The translations under genes and the position numbers were made by a program. Below the pieces are notes generated by a model. That model was not told where the DNA came from. It searched no databases and saw only the letters and a list, made by a program, of their open reading frames with translations. From NCBI GenBank assembly GCA_965261605.1, contig OZ253466.1, forward strand, positions 1,376,819 to 1,440,818: a DNA stretch of 64,000 nucleotides. Reading direction: 5' to 3'. Below, piece by piece: positions 26,240 to 34,926 of this stretch (position 1 is the stretch's first letter; the number at the start of each line of letters is the position of its first letter). Source of the DNA: Dehalococcoidia bacterium. GTDB taxonomy: Bacteria > Chloroflexota > Dehalococcoidia > Lucifugimonadales > UBA2985.

Positions 26240-29200
26240 GCCGCCTCCCACTCCGGGTCCTCAGGCTCACTGAACCACTGCGACATCGCGAGCGCCGCAA
26301 ATTCGAATTTGTCCCGGTCGCCGAACACTATCAGGTCGTCCCCATCCCAGTAGGCCATGTCGTCCACTATCTCCATAGTGCGGACGCTGACCGTGCACAC
26401 CCGCTTGAGCAGGTCGATGACCTGCTCCTTGTAGTCGGCGAAGCGATAGGTGTTGAACTTCTCCGCAATGGTGGGGTCATCAGGTTTTTTCTCCTTGTAC
26501 TGGTCCAATACCCACTCTAGGGCCGACCAACTGCCCAGCCGGTAGCGCCAAGCCTCCGGCGGCACACCGGCCAGGGTGGTCTTGTCGTCCAGCGTTATGC
26601 TGCCCCGCTCCTTGTCTGCCTTCAAGACCGCCCTCTTTGCGCCACCCGGCTTGTCAACCCGCTCCAGGGGAAAGGGGTCCGCGGACTCGAAGCCTATGTG
26701 GAGGTCAAGGAGTTCCTGTCCCATCTTTGCCCACAGGTCGAAGTCGTGGTAGAGGGGCAGGCGCGGGAATTCCCGTAGCAGGTCTATCTCGTAATCATAG
26801 CGGTACACCGGATCGTGGAGGACGGCGTAGGTGTAGGCGAAGATGCGCTCTGGTGTGATGCCGTCCGGGTAGATGCTCTTGAAGTCCTCCCCCCACTCCT
26901 TCTTGTAGTGGTCGTTGATGAGCTTGATGCCCCACTCCGTGATGTTGCTCACTCTCTCGCCACTATCTGTGTAGCGGTAGAGGGGCAGGCAGGACGTCCC
27001 GCCGTCATTGGTTCCCGCGAATTTTTCGTTGACAAGTCTACTTGCTGCAAGAACAGCGAAGTGGTTGGCACTCGGGCCCTTTATACAAATAACGGCGTTC
27101 TCACCGCTTAAGCTACTGCCGAACATAGCGATATGGTTCTTTGTCAGTACATCGTTCATCACCAAGTCTGCAAAGAATTGCTTTGTAGTGAATGGCCGAT
27201 AAAGAGACGGCACCCTGTTTGCCTCGTTGTAAACGATCCGCCTGTCGCGACCAAACTTGTTACGTAAGTCACGGCTCCACTTGATTATGGGATCGTACGA
27301 GTAGTCATTTGTTTCCAAGAACGAGTTGTAATTGTCGGCAAAGAATAGCACTTTCGCGCGTAAGTTCTGGACATCAAAATCGTAAACCCACTCGTCACGG
27401 TTAGTTTTGACTCCAGGACAAACCAACTCGGCAAGGCACTGTTCTCGATTCCCACGTATGGGGATCAAATTATCGAAGGCTGCGTTCGACTTGTTGAGCC
27501 AGTTGTTGTATTTGTCAGGTGGGATTTCCTCGAATTGTATCTTTTCCAAATCAAGAGAGTTTAGGGCGGATAGCTTGTCTTGCGCTGACTGCTCGTCCTC
27601 AACCGCGAAGTAGTGCAACTTCCCATCTCCCGAGGTTGCTTTTCTTCGCACAAAAAATCCAATAGCTACCCCGACTTTGATGCCAAAAACATTACCGCTT
27701 TTGCCAGAGCTTTGTTGATTACCTCCCAAGTCCACAATATAAATGTCGCTGAACTCGCGTAGCATCATCTTGCGCAGACCATCATCGTTTTTGGCATCAA
27801 TATATGAACGGTTAGTTATAAAGCCTATAACCCCATCATCTGTCAATCGGTCGGAAGCCCATCGCATGAACAGCTTGAAAATATCACGATGACTTTTTCG
27901 GGCAGTGCTTTCCCTGCCATATGTTTCTCTGAACCGCTGCTCTATTTCTGAATATGCCCTGTTTGCGGTACCGTCACCCCAACTTTCGGCGCTGTCGTTG
28001 TACGGCGGGTTGCCTATGATAACGCTGATGGTCTTCTCGTTCTGAAGCTGTACCCGCATCCAGTTCTCAGCGGAGAGGCCGCCCAGGTTGAAGGACCCCT
28101 GACGCGCCACTGCGCCGCCCGTCGCTCCCTGCCAGTCCATGTTGTCCAGCGTGTCCACAAAGCACAGGTTGGGGAACTCCAGGTAGCGCCCCGTCTTCTC
28201 CTTGTACGTGTACTCTATGTTCAGGTTGGCTATGTAGTAGGGCAGTATAGCCACCTCGTTGGCGTGGATCTCGTGGCGGTACTTGTGCTCCAGGCGCTCC
28301 AGCGCGTCCGGCTCTCCGCTCCCGGCCAGGTAGCTGATGAGGTTGGTGACAAATGTGCCCGTGCCGGTGGCCGGGTCCAGGATCTGCACGTTCTTGTCTC
28401 CGAGACTGCGTCCGAAGTGCTTTTGAAGGAGGAGGTCGGCTCCCCGGATGATGAAGTCCACCACCTCATTGGGTGTGTAGACGACGCCCAGGCGGTCTGC
28501 GGCGGCGGGGTTGTAGGACTTGTAGAAGTCCTCGTAAATGGCCTTGAGGAACTGCTGCTTCTCGGCGTAGTCGGCTATCTCGTCGGCGGCCCGGCCGATG
28601 GCGCCGTAGTAGGCGAGCAGGCGGTCGATGGCCTGGCGCTGCACGTCTCCGGTGAAGAAGGTCTGCTCCAGGGCTTCCAGCCGGCCGGCGATGTTGTTCT
28701 CCCTGTGGAACTGGGTCTCGCGGAAGACCCTGAGGAAGATGTCCTTGGTGAGGATGTGCTGGAGCAGCATCTCCCGGACGTCGGCGTCGGATACGCTTGG
28801 GCCGATGCTCTGCCGACACAACTTCAGGAAGTCGGCCGCTGCCGTTTGGTACTCCGGGTTGTCGACCTCGGCCTCCTCGACGGCCTCCCGTAGATTGCCT
28901 ATGACGGTGGGCAGATCGGCCTTGAACTGCTGCTGCGCCTTGCGGAACTCCTCGATTTCCGGCAGCTCATAGTCCAGGAATGCGCGGATGAGTCGGTAAA
29001 GCTCGCCCGGGCGGGACATGTCGGCCCGCATTGCCTCCTCACGGTTCTGTATAAGGACGGCGGTCTGGGAGTCTTCAAAGATGATGTTGTCGCGGGGGTA
29101 TCCCCGGTTGAACTTGCGTTGGATCTCGGAGTCCAGGTCGTCGCGGCTGTCCTTGGCCTCCCAGTAGCCTCGGTTCATGCGCAGGGAGTCCTTCACAGTG

Positions 29201-29421
29201 CCGTCGGGCCGGTTGCCGCGCGAGTCGTCAAGCTCGTCTATGAGGGCCAGTTTCTTGTCCCGGCAGTAGGCGTCCAGGCAGTTGGCAAAGGCGCGCCGGA
29301 TGTTTGACTCGCTGTCGGAGCCGCCGAATTCGATGAGACGCTGCTTGTCAGCGTAATACTTTTCTATTAGAGGATAGGTCACCATATCCAGAATATACAC
29401 CATAGGCAGGCGTGACGCCAT
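26224..29421 (-). CDS. Single-polypeptide restriction-modification enzyme (Type IIG/IIL MmeI-like or helicase-less Type ISP-like): putative N-terminal PD-ExK nuclease, gamma-class N6-adenine methyltransferase, C-terminal specificity region
   Basis: - N-terminus: RPDGTV...GYWEAKD (PD...E-x-K)
- Motif I: QILDPATGTGTF
- Motif IV: IIGNPPY
- C-terminus: WRYRLGSWSALEWVLDQYKEKK...YRFADYKEQVIDLLKRV, as in the Type ISP/IIL C-terminal domain
The start codon is ambiguous; three ATGs lie within the first 13 codons. Confidence 0.8.
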   Translation of the reverse strand: MASRLPMVYILDMVTYPLIEKYYADKQRLIEFGGSDSESNIRRAFANCLDAYCRDKKLALIDELDDSRGNRPDGTVKDSLRMNRGYWEAKDSRDDLDSEIQRKFNRGYPRDNIIFEDSQTAVLIQNREEAMRADMSRPGELYRLIRAFLDYELPEIEEFRKAQQQFKADLPTVIGNLREAVEEAEVDNPEYQTAAADFLKLCRQSIGPSVSDADVREMLLQHILTKDIFLRVFRETQFHRENNIAGRLEALEQTFFTGDVQRQAIDRLLAYYGAIGRAADEIADYAEKQQFLKAIYEDFYKSYNPAAADRLGVVYTPNEVVDFIIRGADLLLQKHFGRSLGDKNVQILDPATGTGTFVTNLISYLAGSGEPDALERLEHKYRHEIHANEVAILPYYIANLNIEYTYKEKTGRYLEFPNLCFVDTLDNMDWQGATGGAVARQGSFNLGGLSAENWMRVQLQNEKTISVIIGNPPYNDSAESWGDGTANRAYSEIEQRFRETYGRESTARKSHRDIFKLFMRWASDRLTDDGVIGFITNRSYIDAKNDDGLRKMMLREFSDIYIVDLGGNQQSSGKSGNVFGIKVGVAIGFFVRRKATSGDGKLHYFAVEDEQSAQDKLSALNSLDLEKIQFEEIPPDKYNNWLNKSNAAFDNLIPIRGNREQCLAELVCPGVKTNRDEWVYDFDVQNLRAKVLFFADNYNSFLETNDYSYDPIIKWSRDLRNKFGRDRRIVYNEANRVPSLYRPFTTKQFFADLVMNDVLTKNHIAMFGSSLSGENAVICIKGPSANHFAVLAASRLVNEKFAGTNDGGTSCLPLYRYTDSGERVSNITEWGIKLINDHYKKEWGEDFKSIYPDGITPERIFAYTYAVLHDPVYRYDYEIDLLREFPRLPLYHDFDLWAKMGQELLDLHIGFESADPFPLERVDKPGGAKRAVLKADKERGSITLDDKTTLAGVPPEAWRYRLGSWSALEWVLDQYKEKKPDDPTIAEKFNTYRFADYKEQVIDLLKRVCTVSVRTMEIVDDMAYWDGDDLIVFGDRDKFEFAALAMSQWFSEPEDPEWEAAWLET

Positions 29422-29434
29422 TCGCCCCGGGCTA

Positions 29435-29463
29435 TTGACCCAACCAACGGGATGGTGTATGCT
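29435..29463 (+). promoter_or_regulatory. Candidate sigma-70 promoter for the acyl-CoA dehydrogenase gene
   Basis: TTGACC (29435-29440), a 17-nt spacer, then TATGCT (29458-29463). Confidence 0.4.
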
Positions 29464-29542
29464 ACGGACAATTTGTCAGTCGTAGGAGTACGCCTGACGA
29501 GTTAAATTTTGTTAGCGAAGGCATTTTTGCAAGGAGGGGCAC

Positions 29543-30787
29543 ATGGATTTTTCGACCCAATATACGGCAGAGCAAGAGGATTTCCGGAAGGAAGTTCGCG
29601 CGTGGATTGACACGAACATCCCGGAGGACAAGAAGTCTCCCGTCGACCCCGAGGGGCTGACATCGGGCCAGGAAGGCGACAACGCCGACCTGTACTTTTT
29701 CTGGAGGGAGAAGCACAAGGAGCTGGCCGAGAAGGGCTGGCTGTATCCCACCTACCCCAAGGAGTACGGTGGAGGCGGTCTCGGCGGTGAGCACGAGACC
29801 ATCATTGAAGAGGAATTCAGCAAGGGCGGCGTCGTACGCGGCTTCACCAACGGCCTGGTATTCCCGACCCTGCTGGTGTGGGGAACGGAGGAGCAGAAGC
29901 AGAAGTTCCTCACTCCCCTTCTGAAGGCTGAGACGATTGCCTTCCAGAACTTCACCGAGCCCAATGCCGGCTCAGACCTGGCAAGCCTCCAGAGCCGTGC
30001 GACCCGCGACGGCGACGACTGGATCATCTCCGGTCAGAAGCAGTTCGTCAGCGGCGCAGGCGTACCTGACATTCTCTTCGGCCCAATGGTGACCGACCCC
30101 GACGCGCCTCGCCATCGCAACCTGGGCTTCTTCCTGATTGAGAACCCGTCCGACGGTCTGCAGATCGGCCGAATGGAGCTTCTGGGCGGCAGCCGCCAGA
30201 ACCGCATCTTCATGGACAACGTCCGCGTGTCCGGCGAGAACCTCGTCGGCGGAGACCACCAGGGCTGGCAGGTCACCCAGACCACCCTGGAGCAGGAGCA
30301 CGGCGGCAGGGGCCAGGCGTTCCCCCGGGACGAGGCCCTTGAGAACCTGATGTCCTACGTGAAGAACACCGACCACGGCGACGGCAAGGTCGGAAGCGAC
30401 CCCGTAGTGCGCCAGAAGACCATGGACAGCGTCATCTCCTCCCACATCAACACTCTGTTTGCGAAGCGCAACTTCGCAATGTACCAGGCTCGCCAGGAGA
30501 TGAGCTACCACGGCTCCCAGAGCTCCATGTATCGCAAGTCCTATAACCTGGAGAACGCCCTCCGGCAGCTGGACATCATGGGTCCCATTGCCCTCCTGGG
30601 CACCGAGGAGCCGGGCGCTCCCTTCGGTGGCCACACCGAGGTGAACCAGAGGACCAGCCTTCAGGGCCTGCACCCGGGCGGAACCGTAGAGGTGCAGAAG
30701 GTCATCATCGCCCGCCGGATTGGCATCAGCCGGACCCAGGAGCGAGCCGCTCCCACGCCGGCCACGGCCACCCAGCACGGCAGCTAG
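29543..30787 (+). CDS. Acyl-CoA dehydrogenase family protein
   Basis: YPKEYGGGGL...AFQNFTEPNAGSDLASLQSRATRDGDDWIISGQKQFVSG is the typical ACAD N-terminal/middle-domain signature. A full-length C-terminal helical domain is present. Confidence 0.85.
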   Translation: MDFSTQYTAEQEDFRKEVRAWIDTNIPEDKKSPVDPEGLTSGQEGDNADLYFFWREKHKELAEKGWLYPTYPKEYGGGGLGGEHETIIEEEFSKGGVVRGFTNGLVFPTLLVWGTEEQKQKFLTPLLKAETIAFQNFTEPNAGSDLASLQSRATRDGDDWIISGQKQFVSGAGVPDILFGPMVTDPDAPRHRNLGFFLIENPSDGLQIGRMELLGGSRQNRIFMDNVRVSGENLVGGDHQGWQVTQTTLEQEHGGRGQAFPRDEALENLMSYVKNTDHGDGKVGSDPVVRQKTMDSVISSHINTLFAKRNFAMYQARQEMSYHGSQSSMYRKSYNLENALRQLDIMGPIALLGTEEPGAPFGGHTEVNQRTSLQGLHPGGTVEVQKVIIARRIGISRTQERAAPTPATATQHGS

Positions 30788-30837
30788 AGACCGCGCAACA
30801 AGCGCCTCACGTGAGGCGTTCTAGCAAGGCGTTAGAA

Positions 30838-30866
30838 GAGCGGGGCCTGCAATGTAGGCCCCGCTC
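30838..30866. terminator. GC-rich hairpin (gagcggggcct-gcaatgt-aggccccgctc) downstream of the ACAD gene
   Basis: Perfect 11-bp stem read directly. The T-tract is weak (actcttcat). Confidence 0.45.
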
Positions 30867-30949
30867 ACTCTTCATAAGCAAATGGCGCGCCGGCTGCAGT
30901 TCACGCTGCTTGGCGCCGGCCCTAGAATCCCGGAGACACTTCTCTATCT

Positions 30950-31510
30950 ATGCTTATTGGTCTGATTGGGGACACCCACCTGCCCGGCTCCGTACGCGAT
31001 CCCTGGCCGGAGGTGGCGGAGGCGTTTCGCGGGGTTGACCTGATACTCCACGCCGGGGACATCGTATCCCACCGCGTTCTGGACTGGCTGGAGAACATCG
31101 CTCCGGTCCTGGCCGCGCTGGGCAACAACGACTTCGATATGGACGATCCGCGCGTGAAGCCCACACAGATGCTGGAGTTGGAGGGCTGGAGGCTGGGCCT
31201 CCTGCACGACGTCACATCCGGCGTACAGCTTGAGAAGCCGCCGGACATCCTGGTCAGCGGCCACACCCACTACGAGCGCCTGGACTACATCAACGGAGTC
31301 GTCGAGGTAAACCCGGGGAGCCCAACACTGCCTCACCACCAGTCGACGCGGCTGGGGACCGTGGGCATCCTGGATCTGAACAGCGAGCGGCTGAAGGCGG
31401 CCATCGTCAAGCTGGGCGACGGCCCAATGGTCCGAGGCGCCCTGCTGATAAACCCCGGCCGGGAGTTGCACCTGGAGGCGCCGGGCAGGGAGTCAGGCAA
31501 AAGTTCCTAA
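30950..31510 (+). CDS. Metallophosphoesterase, YfcE/MJ0936 family (paralog of 5553..6110)
   Basis: MLIGLIGDTHLP...LILHAGDI...LGNND...SGHTHYE. Confidence 0.8.
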   Translation: MLIGLIGDTHLPGSVRDPWPEVAEAFRGVDLILHAGDIVSHRVLDWLENIAPVLAALGNNDFDMDDPRVKPTQMLELEGWRLGLLHDVTSGVQLEKPPDILVSGHTHYERLDYINGVVEVNPGSPTLPHHQSTRLGTVGILDLNSERLKAAIVKLGDGPMVRGALLINPGRELHLEAPGRESGKSS

Positions 31511-31521
31511 GGCGCTCGGCC

Positions 31522-31932
31522 TCACGCCTCCCTCTCCTTGATCCTGCGTATGATCTCGGAGGTTGAGATGCCCGGCGTATAGGGAACGGTCCGGAAGATC
31601 CCCATCTCTATGGCAACGCCGTAGTAGTACTCCATCTGCTCCTGGCTGAAGTCGTCCCCATGCACCACCAGGTGTATGTCGTATTTGGCTATCCACTCGG
31701 CGTCTATCCGCAGGGGAGCGTGTAACAGCACCTCGTCAGCGTAGCGGCAGCCGGCCACGGCGGCGGCGCGCTCCTCCATCGTGAGTATGGGCTTGCGCTT
31801 GTACTCCTCCAGCACGTCGTCCGAATAGATGCCCACAAGCAGGTAGTCTCCAAGGGAGCGGGCTTTCCTGAGAAACTCCATATGCCCGTAGTGGAACAGG
31901 TCTGCCACCGGGTCTGCGTAAACTCGTATCAT
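31522..31932 (-). CDS. Cytidylyltransferase of the TagD/CCT/ECT (HxGH) family
   Basis: VYADPVADLFHYGHMEFLRKAR...LLVGIYSDD...KRKPILTMEERA matches glycerol-3-phosphate/phospho-base cytidylyltransferases. Confidence 0.8.
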   Translation of the reverse strand: MIRVYADPVADLFHYGHMEFLRKARSLGDYLLVGIYSDDVLEEYKRKPILTMEERAAAVAGCRYADEVLLHAPLRIDAEWIAKYDIHLVVHGDDFSQEQMEYYYGVAIEMGIFRTVPYTPGISTSEIIRRIKEREA

Positions 31933-32004
31933 GGTCTGTTAGTGAGGAATTGAGGTCCTATCGCCTTCGGATGGCCTCCAGCCCGAAGAAGGCATCCGGC
32001 ATTC

Positions 32005-32757
32005 CTAAAGGTATTGAGGATCAATCGAGAATTCCAGTGGGAGGTCCTGAAGCTCCAACTCCGTCTTGGAGACGTCGGCTCCTCCCTTCTGCACCAGGAA
32101 AATGGTCATGCAAACCTCCGAGTAGGGCGTGCTGGCGTTGGGCGAAACCGTGTGGAAGTAGCCAGCGCCTCTGAGGGCCTGCGGCTTGGGGTCCAGAGAC
32201 AGGATGAAGTTGACCACCTCATCAGCGTCTGAAACGACGTAGGGGACGGTCGTTCCCTGGGATTCCCCTCCGAACTCTATCCTGTAGCGGGAGTCCTCCC
32301 GGTTGACTCCGGCGTCCGGGTTATTCAGGAGTCGCATATCGGCCAGCACCAACCGTTTGGAGACGCGGTACATCTCCCTCAGGATCTCCTGATAGCGAGG
32401 CTCGATGACAAGCACGCTTGTGCAGTGCACCAGGTCAAACTCGCCGTCGTCAAAGGGTATCTTGAGGCCGTCCGTCACCATGAATTTGGCGTTGGCATCG
32501 GGATAGAGCTGCCGCGCGGCCTCGATCGACGGCTCGGCTATGTCGATGCCCGTGTAATCTATTGCCGGCTCCAGGGTCCGCATTATGTTGAAGAATCCCC
32601 CGGAGGCGCACCCCACGTCCAGCACTCTGGCCCCTGGAAAGAGCGCTCTCGGCAGAAAGACCTTCTCCGATGGGTAGAGGTCGGCGACCTGGTGGCGGTA
32701 TTTGGCGTAGTACTCCACTGCGGAGGACTCAGACCAAGCCTGTGCACTATCCGTCAT
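32005..32757 (-). CDS. Class I SAM-dependent methyltransferase
   Basis: VLDVGCASGG (motif I)...DLVHCTSVL. Its ATG overlaps the upstream gene's stop (ATGA). Confidence 0.75.
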   Translation of the reverse strand: MTDSAQAWSESSAVEYYAKYRHQVADLYPSEKVFLPRALFPGARVLDVGCASGGFFNIMRTLEPAIDYTGIDIAEPSIEAARQLYPDANAKFMVTDGLKIPFDDGEFDLVHCTSVLVIEPRYQEILREMYRVSKRLVLADMRLLNNPDAGVNREDSRYRIEFGGESQGTTVPYVVSDADEVVNFILSLDPKPQALRGAGYFHTVSPNASTPYSEVCMTIFLVQKGGADVSKTELELQDLPLEFSIDPQYL

Positions 32758-33614
32758 GGTAGCTCCTTTCGCTGAGCGCGTCTGCGGTCGTACCCGGCTT
32801 GGCCGGAGTGATTCGGGTCCCTTCTCATCACTATGCTCTCCGCAGTTTCTTCGATGGCGTTGCCGTTCCTGGCAGGCGACGTCGCGGGGAAGAGAGCCTC
32901 GGCCTCGCGCAGGTCATCCACCGTGTCGACCTCCGTCCACTTACGGTCTCCGGTCAGGTGGACGGCCATCTTGAGCTTGCTCTGAGAGACCAGCTCCGCC
33001 AGTGCGGCTTCATAGAACGCGTTCGCGGCGTCGGTATCTACATGCCGGTCAAGTGCGGGCAGAAACCGGCGGACCATAGTATCCCGCGAGAGCGAATAGA
33101 TGTTTACTGTCTTCAGGGCGTACCTGTAATCGAACTCTTCCGACTGCTGAGACTTCAGCACCATGGATTCTGCCAGTCCCTCCTGCGCGAGTATCACTGT
33201 CCCGTCCATGGTGGAGTTGAACCAGTCCACCACTGCGATGTCCGGGTGCGTCCTCTGCGCAATGTCTTTCAGGAGGCCGTCTTCGAATACGAGATCGCAT
33301 TCCAGCAGCAGGATGTCGTCGTCCAGAAGGTTGCGGGCCAACCAGAGGGAGTAGAGGTTGTTGGTCTCCTCATAGCGTTCGTTGTTGACGTAGGTGATCT
33401 CCAGGTTGCGGAACCTGGGCCCGAACTGGTACTCCACCTGGTCTCCTCTATATCCAACTACGATGACGCACTGATCGAAGCCGGCCTTGTCCAGGGACTC
33501 CAATTGGCGCTGCATAATGGGTTTGCCGTGCAGTCGTACAAGGCACTTGGGCACCCTGTTTGTGAGGGGCATCAACCTCGTCCCCTGGCCGGCGGCAAGT
33601 ATTACTGCTTTCAT
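32754..33614 (-). CDS. LicC-like sugar/phospho-base nucleotidyltransferase
   Basis: The internal ATG at 33614 gives MKAVILAAGQGTRLMPLTNRVPKCLV (the G-x-G-T-R-L signature). The upstream extension to 33740 is non-homologous. Confidence 0.75.
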   Translation of the reverse strand: MKAVILAAGQGTRLMPLTNRVPKCLVRLHGKPIMQRQLESLDKAGFDQCVIVVGYRGDQVEYQFGPRFRNLEITYVNNERYEETNNLYSLWLARNLLDDDILLLECDLVFEDGLLKDIAQRTHPDIAVVDWFNSTMDGTVILAQEGLAESMVLKSQQSEEFDYRYALKTVNIYSLSRDTMVRRFLPALDRHVDTDAANAFYEAALAELVSQSKLKMAVHLTGDRKWTEVDTVDDLREAEALFPATSPARNGNAIEETAESIVMRRDPNHSGQAGYDRRRAQRKELP

Positions 33615-33624
33615 TTCTGCCCTC

Positions 33625-34758
33625 CTATGTGTGCGCCCGCTCCCCAACTGGAATGGTCGAACCAAGCTCCTGCATGGTCTGAATGAGCTGGGCGTTCTCC
33701 TCGACGGTACGCGAGGCGAATCTAACGAACTCGTTGCCAAGTCCTTTTTTGCGACTACAGTCGTTTATCAGTATGTTGCACTCTTTGAAGAGGCGCTCCG
33801 TTAGCTCCGATCCAGTGAGCCCGTCTTCGAGTTTGCACAGCACGAAGTTTCCCTGGCTGGGGTACGGCCTCAAATAGTGCAGCGCCTCCAGTCCGGAGGA
33901 CAGGGTGCGGGCTGCTTCACGGACATTGGCGCACGATTCCACGTACTCGTCCTGGTAGTTGTCGACCTCCTCCAGGAAGTACTGCGCCAGGGAGTTGATG
34001 CTCCAGATAGGTATGCTCCTTCGCAAGGTCGCTATCATCTCCTTGTTCGCGGAGGCGGCGTACCCCAGCCGAAGCCCCGGAACGCCGTAGTTCTTCGAGA
34101 GGCTCTTGAGCACCACGACGTTGGGAAAGTCGGAGAGCCTTCCCATTACGGACGGGGTAGGGAGACGGCTCGAAAACTCTATGAAGGATTCGTCAACCAA
34201 GACCAAGTCAAGGCCGCGCAGGGACTCAAGCAGATACCAGAGGGTGTCATGAGTCAGGAGCGTTCCGGTTGGGTTGTTGGGGTTTATAAGTAGTGCGGCA
34301 TTGGCCCCGACGCTCAGGGTGTGTCGCACGAAGTCCTCGGCGTCCAGCTCGAAATCGCCGGTCAGCTGGTACGGGCTGACCCGTTTGCCCTGTGACGCGG
34401 CGCGGTTGACGAACTCATCGAAGGTGGGCACTGGGACGGACAGGTGCTCCACGAACTGGTCGGTGATGGCGCTGATAAGCTCGCTGGCTCCGTTCGCCAC
34501 TACCAACTCTTCGTGGGTCAGGCCAAGAGGTTTGGCGGCCAGGGAGGAGATGTACCAGTTGGTGGACGGGTATGACTTGACCAACTGCCTCAGCCTGGAA
34601 CCCAGGGAGTCGATGAACTCCTGGGGCGGGAAGTAGGGATTGGTCATGTAGCAGAAATCTTTTGTGTCAAAATTCCAGAAACCTCCGTACAGCGAAGAGA
34701 CGTATCCTACGTCCGGTTGATTCACAGATATCCTCCTCAAGGGATTTATGGATCTCAC
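33625..34758 (-). CDS. PLP-dependent class I/II aminotransferase-fold enzyme (HisC/CobD-like)
   Basis: NPYFPP...VVANGASELI...LINPNNPTG...VLVDESF...VLKSLSKNYGVPGLRLGY carries the Lys of the SxSK motif. GTG start. Confidence 0.8.
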   Translation of the reverse strand: MRSINPLRRISVNQPDVGYVSSLYGGFWNFDTKDFCYMTNPYFPPQEFIDSLGSRLRQLVKSYPSTNWYISSLAAKPLGLTHEELVVANGASELISAITDQFVEHLSVPVPTFDEFVNRAASQGKRVSPYQLTGDFELDAEDFVRHTLSVGANAALLINPNNPTGTLLTHDTLWYLLESLRGLDLVLVDESFIEFSSRLPTPSVMGRLSDFPNVVVLKSLSKNYGVPGLRLGYAASANKEMIATLRRSIPIWSINSLAQYFLEEVDNYQDEYVESCANVREAARTLSSGLEALHYLRPYPSQGNFVLCKLEDGLTGSELTERLFKECNILINDCSRKKGLGNEFVRFASRTVEENAQLIQTMQELGSTIPVGERAHT

Positions 34759-34926
34759 AGAATGGCTTTAAATGCCAAACTATGGAATAGCGTCTGCCCG
34801 CGAATTGCCCCGTTCAGGGCGATATAGGTGGACGGCTCCCGGAAACTTGGAGTGGATTCCAGATTCTCTGGAGGAGTGGGCGGGGTCGATCAGCGGGAGA
34901 AAGTTATATGTAGGTGGGGAGGGAAG

